From the NCBI GenBank assembly GCA_039818205.1, contig JBCBUK010000005.1:160001-224000 (forward strand): a DNA stretch of 64,000 nucleotides, read 5' to 3'. The notes below the pieces were generated by a model, which had not been told where the DNA came from, did not search any database, and was given only the letters and a program-made list of their open reading frames with translations. Below, piece by piece: positions 52,540 to 61,382 of the stretch. Each line of letters opens with the position of its first letter. The first letter of the stretch is position 1. This DNA is from Verrucomicrobiota bacterium. GTDB taxonomy: Bacteria; Verrucomicrobiota; Verrucomicrobiia; Opitutales; Cerasicoccaceae. The position numbers and the translations under genes are program-made.

Positions 52540-54915
52540 CTAGGCCTGCAGATCACTCCGCAAGCGGCGATAGTCCAGGGGCAGCTCACCGGCACGATTT
52601 TTAAAAACCTGGGTCAAATAGCTTCCGCGGCGGAAACCCACCCGTGCAGCGATCTCTTCGACCGTCAAATCCGTCTGACAAAGCAGTTCCTTCGCCGCGT
52701 TAATCCGAAGCAGCTCCAAATAAGCACGCGGACTGGTGTCCAGTGTCGATTTGAACTGATACTCAAGCGCTCTCCGACTGATGCCACAGGCTTCGGCTAT
52801 CTGATCACCGCTGATTGACGAACTGTAGTTTTGCCGCATGAAGGCAACTGCCTGGTTTAAACCACGTTCACTAATTGCCAAATCGCGGCTACTATCTCGC
52901 TCAACAACCCCACGCGGGAGGACTAAACAGGGCCCATTGGGAATCTGCTTTTCTCCGGTAATGATCGAAACCAACTCCTTAATCACGGTAAAACCCATGC
53001 GCTGAAACGAAACGTCGACACTACTCAGAGTCGGCAACGCCAGATGGCTAAGCAATTCATCGTTGTCCACCCCGACGACCGATAGCTCCCGAGGAACATT
53101 GATACCGCAATCGCCACACACCGTTAGCAGAGTAGCAGCCAGAGTATCGTTAAACACAAAAACCGCACTGGGCTTTGGTAGACTTAGCAACCACTCGTGC
53201 AAATACTCAGCACTCTTAAAGGCCTCGCGGTGGATATTACTCTCATCGATACCGGCTTTCAGTAATGCGCTTTTATACCCGATGAATCGCGCATCACCAC
53301 GACTGTCAATCGTGTCCGAACTCAAATGATTAAACGGGTCTGGACCGTAGTCGAAGTAGGCAAAGGTGCGATGACCTTTACTTAAAAAATGTTTTGCGGC
53401 CGATTCGCCCACTGCCGTGTTCTCGATCTCAACCGAGAACGACATTGGCAGATCTCGTCGATGCTCACAAAAAACCAACGGGCGCGCCCCAATGACGTCC
53501 TCCGGGATAACAACCTCTGGCGCAAGGATGAAGCCGTCATACGCCGTGTAGTGTGGCAGTTCGCTATACTCGATGCCGATGCTTGGCTCCTTGACCGATC
53601 GCCCAACATTCAAAGCCAAACGAATCTCGGGACGTGCCCGCGAAAACTCCTCGATCCCACGCAAGAATCCACGAGCGGAATGGCACCGCAGTGCGCTCAG
53701 GAAGCAAATGGAGATCTGATCCGATCGACTCGTACGGTTGATATTTGGGGTATGAATCGATGCCTTTTCACGAAACACATCGCGATATTGGCGCGGAGTT
53801 AAGCCGACAAACTGACGAAACTGCTTGCGCAAGTTCCCCACCTCCTGGCTAAGCGATCCGGCAATACGCTCGAAACTGTCGTTCGATTCTCGCAGCAATC
53901 GTTTCGTTCGCCGAACTCGCTCTCGAATGATCGATTGTTGAATCGTGCAGTCCAAATTTTCCCGAAAAATAACTTCAAGCCGGCGTAAACTGCGATCAGT
54001 TTTCTGGGCGATCAACGATGGCGTCAGTTCGCCTACCGAGGAATTCTCTATCAACTCGAGGGCTTCCTGAACAGCCGGGTGCGGGCACGAGTTCCCTTCC
54101 GTCGATTCCCGGCGGCAGACAACGGGCATCGGCAAAAAATCGGCCTCAAAACGGGTATCCGGTTTATTCAGCCGCGCGATGAGCAGTCGCATTCCTTCAT
54201 AGGCTACCGACTCCGCCATTGGATCAATGCTCGTCAAAAAGGGACGATACAACATACACAGCAAGCGGTCGTTATCGACTCCGACGATCGAGACCTCACG
54301 AGGAACATCAATACCTTCCAGTTGGCAGGCTTCCGCGACGATCAGAGCCCCAAGATCATTATATGCAAAAATTGGCTTGCGCAAACTGCGGATCCATTCC
54401 CGCAATCGTTGAAATCCCTCCTGCCCATGCGCCTCAAAACGCGCATCGATCAAGGGGCTTATTGTGGCGTTGATCTCTTCGCGAAAAGCCTCGCATCGTC
54501 GCTTGCTGCGCAACGCGTTTCGCTCATCTCGATCATGCGTGCCATCGTAATAACCAAAACTGACCGCGCCGACATCCAGCAACGCTTGCGCCGCCATCTG
54601 GCCAATGCGTTCGTGCGGCACCTGCAAATCAATTTTGTTATCATCCTCAGCCGGCTCTCCGAGGCGCACCACCGGGAAGTCCAAAGCATGCCGCTCCAGC
54701 CCAGAATTGCGCCCCCAGACGAGCATACCATCGAAGGCCGACAGGTACTCCTTTGATAAATCCTCCCGCCAACCGACGAGATTCGCCTGCACCCGAAGGT
54801 CATGTTCCCGGATACAACGAATGACACCTCGCAACATGTTGCGTCCATGAGCAAGCTGCGGGCGAGCCACGATCCCGATTCGGAGCGGCGTTTTACTGGA
54901 TGAGGGAGTAGACAA
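52540..54915 (-). CDS. Tandem XylR-type regulator (two LacI-type sugar-binding + AraC HTH units)
   Basis: Two copies of (Y/F)ND...VPRE(V/L)S(I/V)VGVDND...(T/S)S(I/V)D...RxS followed by an AraC HTH (GLTPRQYR; GELPLDYRR); TTG start. Confidence 0.85.
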   Translation of the reverse strand: MSTPSSSKTPLRIGIVARPQLAHGRNMLRGVIRCIREHDLRVQANLVGWREDLSKEYLSAFDGMLVWGRNSGLERHALDFPVVRLGEPAEDDNKIDLQVPHERIGQMAAQALLDVGAVSFGYYDGTHDRDERNALRSKRRCEAFREEINATISPLIDARFEAHGQEGFQRLREWIRSLRKPIFAYNDLGALIVAEACQLEGIDVPREVSIVGVDNDRLLCMLYRPFLTSIDPMAESVAYEGMRLLIARLNKPDTRFEADFLPMPVVCRRESTEGNSCPHPAVQEALELIENSSVGELTPSLIAQKTDRSLRRLEVIFRENLDCTIQQSIIRERVRRTKRLLRESNDSFERIAGSLSQEVGNLRKQFRQFVGLTPRQYRDVFREKASIHTPNINRTSRSDQISICFLSALRCHSARGFLRGIEEFSRARPEIRLALNVGRSVKEPSIGIEYSELPHYTAYDGFILAPEVVIPEDVIGARPLVFCEHRRDLPMSFSVEIENTAVGESAAKHFLSKGHRTFAYFDYGPDPFNHLSSDTIDSRGDARFIGYKSALLKAGIDESNIHREAFKSAEYLHEWLLSLPKPSAVFVFNDTLAATLLTVCGDCGINVPRELSVVGVDNDELLSHLALPTLSSVDVSFQRMGFTVIKELVSIITGEKQIPNGPCLVLPRGVVERDSSRDLAISERGLNQAVAFMRQNYSSSISGDQIAEACGISRRALEYQFKSTLDTSPRAYLELLRINAAKELLCQTDLTVEEIAARVGFRRGSYLTQVFKNRAGELPLDYRRLRSDLQA

Positions 54916-55105
54916 TTTGAATTCTTACATACAGATGCAATTCCGTATGAGGCGAACAAATGCCGGCCAAGGCAAGAACTATTGGTTCCGCCGATCACAT
55001 CACGCGGCAGGGTCGAACTAAGAGTCGCCCGGGAACGACGCCTGAGTGTGACAAATACGACAACCCAAACTGATTGGAACTGCGGCTGATTGATATCGCC
55101 GTCTG

Positions 55106-58100
55106 CTATGGTGCGGGGACTACCTCAATACGCAGGAACTCGTGGTCTTGATTCCCCATCGGAAAGTCAGAGCGCTCAACCACCTGTTCGAGGTCTGAGT
55201 TTTCCGCGTCGGGAGTAACCGAGACCTGAGTCGTCTGGTTGGCCTGCCAACCATTAGTAGCTAGGTTGGTCGACCGCAAAACACGCGTCTCCAGGAATGT
55301 CATCGCGGAACGACTCCGTTGATAACTGATTGTCAAATATTGCTCGTTGGTGACCTCACTAGAATCCACCCAAAAAACATTTTCGGAATCCGCCAGGGCA
55401 GGATTGAGTCCGAACGCAAACTCAGCCAGGGCCGCTATGCCGTCGTTGTCGCCATCGTCATTCGGAGATAGGTTCGTTGGCTGATCGGTCGCAACCTCCA
55501 TCTCAAAATCATCCGGCAATCCGTCGCCGTCTTGATCCTGGATTTCAAAAGCTCCGGCATCAATATGCAACCCGGCCACCCGCGGGTTCCCGGCCAGATC
55601 ATTGACCGAGGCGCTCGACAAGAGACCGTCCTCACCAAAATCGATTGCCGCTGAGCCCGGCAAGATTGAGTAATCGGCTGCAAAGATAGGATCGCCCACC
55701 GCGCAGTTACTCGCCCATCCAAGCGCGTTAATCTCGGCCTCAGTATTCGCCGTGTCCGTCCCGCCGATGTTGTTACCAACGTTCCCAAAGAAGACACTGC
55801 TAGCGAGAGTTGTTTGAGCCGTGGCACTGTTAATGATTCCTCCGGACGGGGAACCGGCGAAAATACAGTTTTTGACCGTGATGCTCGATCCGCCATCTAG
55901 GCGTAGTAAACTGTTCCCAGAAGCCGAGGTCGCATCGCCATTACCAAAAGTCGTACTGAAGAGGTCAACGGCATCAGCCCCCTTGATCATGATTCCTGTC
56001 GCGCGGTCAGCATTCTCGCTCAGGTTATCGTAAAACAGACAATTCTCCACCAACAGCGAACCGCCATTGAAGGTGAGGCCCGCCCCAGATGAGTTTGCCG
56101 CAACTCCCGCAGTGTTGCCATAAAAGGTGCAGTCACGAAGCGTAAGCGTTCCTTGTATCGGATTCACATTGAAGATGCCCGTGTAGTTATTGCTCGATGT
56201 GTTCGAAAAGAAATCACAGTTCTCAAAAACGACATTACTGACCTCAAAACCCTTCCAGCCCCGAATCAATATCACCGCCGGGCCGACGTTATTATTCGTA
56301 AATTTGCAGTTCGAAACCTGGATATCATTCACATTGGCCCCGTTGTCAGAGGTATCGATTCTAAGCGCCGAGACCCAAGTCCCAGAGGCACCCGAAACCG
56401 TAAACCCATCAAAAGCCACGGCCGATACATCAAGGATGCGGACTTCCGCTGGGTTGATTATCGTCTCATTCGTTGAGAAGTCGCGACCATCAATACTCAT
56501 CTGCCCATTGGCAAAACCACCATACACCGATACGCCAGCCGGTAGATCCAAAGGTGCTTCGTTGTAGGTCCCAGCAGCGACCCAGACCTGATCGCCAAAC
56601 TTGGCCAAGCTCAAACCTTGAGAGATCGTCTGAACCGCCTCCCCCCAGCTCTCTCCGGAGTTGGCATTGCTGCCCGATGCCCCGTCAACATAGATGAAAT
56701 CCGGTTCCAAAGGAGACGTCCGGCTCGAGCTATTGCGGACCTCCCAATAACGCTCAAACATTGCGGAAACCCGACTCGCCTGAGCTGGGTCGTTGACCAT
56801 GTTCCCCGAATCGGCCTCGGTCGGGTTGCTATCAAGGTTGAACAAGCGCGATGGCCAGGTGTCTGCCTTCGTCAAACTATTGTGTCCTCTACTTGAAGAG
56901 ATGATCAACTTCCATGGTCCTTGTCGAATCATCAACTCATTGCTAGTTCCAGCCTGCAAGAGCAGTTCATCGCGGGGCTCGTAAGTGGTGTTACCTTCAA
57001 GTACGGGAAGCAAGTTGAACGAGTCCTTCGCCTGATCTTCGGAAATCGTCTCACCGACAACCGCTGCCAACGTTGCCAGGATGTCGGTGCCATTAATCAT
57101 CGAATCGCTGCGGGTGTCCGCAGGAATAACACCAGGCCAAACCGCAATAAACGGAACGCGATGCCCGCCCTCAAAGGCCTGGTTTTTGTGCCCGCGAAAA
57201 CCGCCATTGGAATTATGGCCCGCCGACTGCGCTACCGAATCCGAAAGGCCGCCGTTATCCGATGTGAAAATAATCAAAGTATTGTCGTAAACGTTGTTCG
57301 CCTTCAACGCATCCACCATTCGCTTAACCTCCAGATCAAGGACCCGGTTCATATCGAGGTGAGGCGTGACGGTCGATCCCGCAATCGGGGTTCCGTCGAT
57401 GTTTGTTGGAGGCGTGTGCGGGATGTGGACCGCAGGGCTGCAGTAGTATAGGAAAAATGGATCACCGGCAGTTGCTTGCGCAGTTATAAAGGCAGCAGCC
57501 TTATCGGCCAGTAGCATATTCAAGGCTCGAGCATCCCAGTTCGAATCACCCACTCCGGGCCCTTTGTCGGAAACAAAGAAGGGATCCGAAGCAGAGTTTG
57601 CATCATAAAAGATGAGCTGAGAACCATTCGCCCATTCGTACCAAACACCATTCTCATGGGCCAGGTAAGTCGGCCCCTGAACGCCGGTCGCAACCGTAAA
57701 ATCATAATCGAATCCCAAGTTCTGTGGACCACCACCGATCCAGTTGCTTAGGTCGATCTGCGCCGGCGTTGCGTTGCTATCGCCCCTTCGTGTGATCGAG
57801 TTTGTTCCAGTCGCATAGAAATCACCTCCCAGGTGCCACTTTCCGACAAAGCCTGTCGTATATCCGGCGGCTTGTGTAATTGATCCCAAGGTCGTGTCAC
57901 TCGAGCTAATTGCATTGGCACCAAACGCATTCCAGACCCCAGACGGCGAATAGGAGCGGAAATTATAATTACCACTCATAAATGCGTAGCGGCTGGGCGC
58001 ACACAGAGATGCGGGTGAGTGTGCATCGTTGAACCACATTCCCTCATCGGCCAGCGTATCGAGCGTAGGCGTCGGAGCTAATGGGGCGTTACCCGTTCTC

Positions 58101-58234
58101 TCCAAATGCTGCCGGCCGATATCGCCCAGACCAAGATCATCCGCTACAATCACCACGATATTGGGTTTCATCGCTAGCGCCGAAGCACAAATTAATACGA
58201 GCATGGATAGCGTCGCTTTAGCAAAAAATTTCAT
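55106..58234 (-). CDS. Modular secreted sulfatase: S1 domain + right-handed beta-helix + choice-of-anchor-Q-like segment + C-terminal module
   Basis: ADDLG, CAPSR, GKWHLG, SDNGG; YVDG...SGESW...VAAGTY...VYGGF; FxNN repeats; SAAIDFG...DLAGNPR...IDAGAFE. Confidence 0.88.
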   Translation of the reverse strand: MKFFAKATLSMLVLICASALAMKPNIVVIVADDLGLGDIGRQHLERTGNAPLAPTPTLDTLADEGMWFNDAHSPASLCAPSRYAFMSGNYNFRSYSPSGVWNAFGANAISSSDTTLGSITQAAGYTTGFVGKWHLGGDFYATGTNSITRRGDSNATPAQIDLSNWIGGGPQNLGFDYDFTVATGVQGPTYLAHENGVWYEWANGSQLIFYDANSASDPFFVSDKGPGVGDSNWDARALNMLLADKAAAFITAQATAGDPFFLYYCSPAVHIPHTPPTNIDGTPIAGSTVTPHLDMNRVLDLEVKRMVDALKANNVYDNTLIIFTSDNGGLSDSVAQSAGHNSNGGFRGHKNQAFEGGHRVPFIAVWPGVIPADTRSDSMINGTDILATLAAVVGETISEDQAKDSFNLLPVLEGNTTYEPRDELLLQAGTSNELMIRQGPWKLIISSSRGHNSLTKADTWPSRLFNLDSNPTEADSGNMVNDPAQASRVSAMFERYWEVRNSSSRTSPLEPDFIYVDGASGSNANSGESWGEAVQTISQGLSLAKFGDQVWVAAGTYNEAPLDLPAGVSVYGGFANGQMSIDGRDFSTNETIINPAEVRILDVSAVAFDGFTVSGASGTWVSALRIDTSDNGANVNDIQVSNCKFTNNNVGPAVILIRGWKGFEVSNVVFENCDFFSNTSSNNYTGIFNVNPIQGTLTLRDCTFYGNTAGVAANSSGAGLTFNGGSLLVENCLFYDNLSENADRATGIMIKGADAVDLFSTTFGNGDATSASGNSLLRLDGGSSITVKNCIFAGSPSGGIINSATAQTTLASSVFFGNVGNNIGGTDTANTEAEINALGWASNCAVGDPIFAADYSILPGSAAIDFGEDGLLSSASVNDLAGNPRVAGLHIDAGAFEIQDQDGDGLPDDFEMEVATDQPTNLSPNDDGDNDGIAALAEFAFGLNPALADSENVFWVDSSEVTNEQYLTISYQRSRSAMTFLETRVLRSTNLATNGWQANQTTQVSVTPDAENSDLEQVVERSDFPMGNQDHEFLRIEVVPAP

Positions 58235-58781
58235 GGAACTTTATACGTGTAAATTGACTAGCGAAATTACGATATCGTGGTATTAGCTCGATAAACTGCA
58301 TCTACGCGAGGCTGGTAGCGACCAATGCTCACGGTCGTAACTTGCGGTTTGTAATTGGGATTTCATTGAGAGGCGGGAAGCCTCGTGGCTGGTAAGCTAT
58401 TAAAATACTAGAGAATTCGCATGCAAAAAACAAGGGGCTCATCCGCCAAGTTGTATCAAAATTGCGAAGCCGCATCCCGGTTCTAGTGGAAGAAATATCG
58501 AGATCGGCGCTACCCAGATCCGCTTACGTACGCCTCTATCCACTCAGCATTCGACTGCCTCTACGGAATGAAGACCGACTGGGAGCAAACGATACGAGAT
58601 CATAAAAGCCGGAAGCATTATATTCAAATTTCACCACCCATATGATCGCGAAGAAGGCCCGAAAAAACCGCGACCAGAAAATCAAATTAGGGGATACCCT
58701 TCCCTATTAAATAAGGCTTCACAACCACAAATCAGCCAATAACAGACGGGAAAAAACAAGCAATTTTGTTACCTAGAAATA

Positions 58782-58810
58782 TTGACAAATTGCTTCAAAC
58801 AGATAACGAT
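58782..58810 (+). promoter_or_regulatory. Possible sigma-70 promoter
   Basis: Perfect TTGACA at 58782, 17-nt spacer, weak -10 AACGAT. Confidence 0.35.
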
Positions 58811-59163
58811 ATATCACAAGTCAGCGATCAACTGATCCGCCTCGGAGCACGCTTCGATTGGCGAAGCTGCTTTCCCAATTCCCTACCCAATCAACTTGCA
58901 ATCGTGCACCAGCCCACCCCAGGCCACCGCCTATCCGAATCGCCAGCGAAGCAGTTTGCGGCGCCTGCTCCCCGTCGGAACACGCCGAATCTCCGTTCAT
59001 ACGGACCATTCCCTGCCAGATCGACAGTTTTAGGCATCAGAGCATCGGCACTGGAACTGGCTGCGGGCCGCAACGATGAGAAACCGGGCGCATGCTGGGA
59101 TGCCGGGAAGACTTTACCTGGGAGGTTAGGTAGTTAAGCGGAAGACTACCGTATCCATAACGT

Positions 59164-59199
59164 GGCCGGGCATCTCGATGCCCGGCCTCTTTGTTTGTT
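59164..59199 (+). terminator. Intrinsic terminator with no convincing CDS upstream
   Basis: GGCCGGGCATC-TC-GATGCCCGGCC then TCTTTGTTTGTT. Confidence 0.7.
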
Positions 59200-59281
59200 A
59201 AAAAACCTGTCAAAAGTCTCCCCCAAAAACCGATGGTTTTCCCTATTTGAGAGCCGGGTCCTAAGAGCATACTTTACTCGA

Positions 59282-60184
59282 ATGATCCAGTCGCCTACCT
59301 CCATCCTAACAACTGCCTCCTGCCTACTCCTTCTCACTTCAAGTCACGCCGATTGGACCTTTCGGTCCCTCGAAATCGTACTTGGAAACCCCGATGGTAC
59401 CCGCGAAGTCGTCCACGTCGAAGAACCCGATGAACCGATCGTCATTCACCTAGATCAACATGTCGGCCCGTACATGGCTTTCAAAGTGGAGACCTCCTAC
59501 GAGATCGAAGCCACTTGGCTGACTATCCAAAACGTGACCGCCTACGATAAAGACATTCCATTTGTTCTCCCAATTTCGTTCACCGAGCACGGTGGATGGT
59601 TGGCCCAACCCGGAGAATACGATCTCACGCTCGAACTGTTGACCGAAGCGGGCAATAAGGAATCCATTGTTGAAACGAAGCGCTTTACGCTAGCCGTCTA
59701 TGATGCCCAAGACATGACCCGCGATTACACAACCGGACGCTTCGGAGATGCCTGGGGACCGAAGTGGCATCTTATAAAACCGAACCCCTACTCTAAAGAC
59801 TACCTAGAACCGCCTGTCATTGCGGCCGCTCCCGTCGTGACGCCGACACCAGCACCACTGGCTGCTCCGACTCCACCCACACCCACACCCGCTGCTCCGA
59901 CTCCTTCAACACCGGAAACCGCGACCTCAACCACCAACACCTTGGTGGCTGCTACCGCGGACACACAGGACGGCACATTCCGCGACTCTGGAGCAGCTAA
60001 ATGGCTGATCATCATCATCTTCATGGGTAGTCTGGTTGCTGGTGGCGCGACCTTCACGATCTTCCAGGTGAGCCGGCGGCGGCGCCTCGATTCCCTAACA
60101 AACAGGGCGCTCCGCGACCGAAAAGTCATCCCAATCCGACCCCGCTCCAAGCCGCCTCGTCCGGACGAACAAGAGTCGGCGTAA
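59282..60184 (+). CDS. Hypothetical exported protein with Pro/Thr linker, C-terminal TM anchor and basic tail
   Basis: Signal peptide (SHA-D), TPTPAP linker, WLIIIIFMGSLVAGGATFTIF, RRRR; start at ATG 59282 downstream of the terminator. Confidence 0.72.
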   Translation: MIQSPTSILTTASCLLLLTSSHADWTFRSLEIVLGNPDGTREVVHVEEPDEPIVIHLDQHVGPYMAFKVETSYEIEATWLTIQNVTAYDKDIPFVLPISFTEHGGWLAQPGEYDLTLELLTEAGNKESIVETKRFTLAVYDAQDMTRDYTTGRFGDAWGPKWHLIKPNPYSKDYLEPPVIAAAPVVTPTPAPLAAPTPPTPTPAAPTPSTPETATSTTNTLVAATADTQDGTFRDSGAAKWLIIIIFMGSLVAGGATFTIFQVSRRRRLDSLTNRALRDRKVIPIRPRSKPPRPDEQESA

Positions 60185-60200
60185 GCGAGTTCAACGGCAT

Positions 60201-60233
60201 AAAAATATCCGCTGGAAACTACTCCAGCGGATA
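60201..60233 (-). terminator. Terminator between convergent genes
   Basis: TATCCGCTGGA-AACTAC-TCCAGCGGATA with A5 on the left. Confidence 0.8.
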
Positions 60234-60260
60234 CGTTCTATGGCTAAAATTCGATTTGAT

Positions 60261-61055
60261 CTACGCTTTGCGACGGCGGATAACTCCAAAGCCGATCACG
60301 ATCAATCCAGTGATCAACGCGTAGGTCGAAGGTTCGGGAACGACTACCAAGTCGACCGAAATACCGCCAATTGCGATTGCGGCATCGGTAGTATTGGAGG
60401 TCAAGCCACGCATACCGAAGCGTGCCGTGTTGCCGGGATCGGCATCAAGATACTCAGAAAGCGTCAGCCCAGCGGCGGCACCGGTATTGCCGACTAGATT
60501 AGTCGCCACGATGGTCGATCCGACAAACGAGGTCGCATCGGTTTTGTTCGTAATCGTCGGGGTCAGGTCCCAGGAACCGTTGGCTAGGCGAACAAAATCC
60601 ATCTGGATATCGAGGACATCCGAACCCGCAGCATAGGCAGTGTCTGTGGCACTACCAACACTCAAGGAGGTACCGGTGAACTGAAGCTCCGCACGAACCT
60701 GGGGAGTTTGGGCGCCAGTATGTTCCGGTAACGCAGCAACACCAAATGCATAAAGGTCGTTGCCGCCGTTACCCGCTCCGGTGAAAACGACATCGGTCAG
60801 CAAGACGCTGACGGTGTCACCAACACCAATTCCGAAGGAGGCAAGATTGCGTGCTCGGGAGAAGTTCGCTCCATTAATCGCGTTACCGCCAGAAATGGTC
60901 CAAGCGGCTTGGCCTTCCCATCCGGCAGCACCGGAGATTGGACCGTCTGGGGCGGTACCGAAGTCGGTGGAGAAAATGGTTTGGCCAGAGCATAAAACCG
61001 CAGATCCGAGAAGAACTCCAATCGACGGCAATAGTTTCGAAGTAATTTTTATCAT
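60261..61055 (-). CDS. PEP-CTERM sorting domain protein
   Basis: Signal peptide from ATG 61055 (MIKITSKLL...); VPEPSTYALITGLIVIGFGVIRRRKA. Confidence 0.9.
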   Translation of the reverse strand: MIKITSKLLPSIGVLLGSAVLCSGQTIFSTDFGTAPDGPISGAAGWEGQAAWTISGGNAINGANFSRARNLASFGIGVGDTVSVLLTDVVFTGAGNGGNDLYAFGVAALPEHTGAQTPQVRAELQFTGTSLSVGSATDTAYAAGSDVLDIQMDFVRLANGSWDLTPTITNKTDATSFVGSTIVATNLVGNTGAAAGLTLSEYLDADPGNTARFGMRGLTSNTTDAAIAIGGISVDLVVVPEPSTYALITGLIVIGFGVIRRRKA

Positions 61056-61382
61056 CTGAAGAGGTAGAATTTCGTTAATTTTTAGGGTTATCAAGACACC
61101 TGAACTCTGGCAGAGCAGAAAAATCTGACGGAGCCAAATACAAGCGGGTGAGGGTTGGCGAGATATGAAGGCATAACCGCGCCTCTCTATAGGTTGCATG
61201 CTAGTTGGGCGTTTTGTACACATCAACCAAATTTTTTATTTTCACCCGGCTCTAGAGCAGGAAACCCCCCAAAAAACGATTAGTCCGACGACCCCAATCG
61301 TCAGTTCATCGCCTTGGACAGAGCCAAAGCAACCCCGAACCTCGCCGCTGGAGGCGAGATGGGCAACTGCAGCCAATAAGTT

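Noticed and set aside
58766..59137. 123-aa TTG-start ORF in the large intergenic gap
   Set aside because: Its start precedes the putative promoter and it has no RBS or motifs; treated as non-coding but not excluded
58820..59160. tmRNA, RNase P RNA, cobalamin or c-di-AMP riboswitch
   Set aside because: Hallmark sequences (GAGGAAAGTCC, tRNA-like ends, B12 box) not found on either strand by eye
59820..59940. Repetitive-looking DNA
   Set aside because: Explained by the Pro/Thr/Ala linker coding sequence; not a CRISPR array or true tandem repeat
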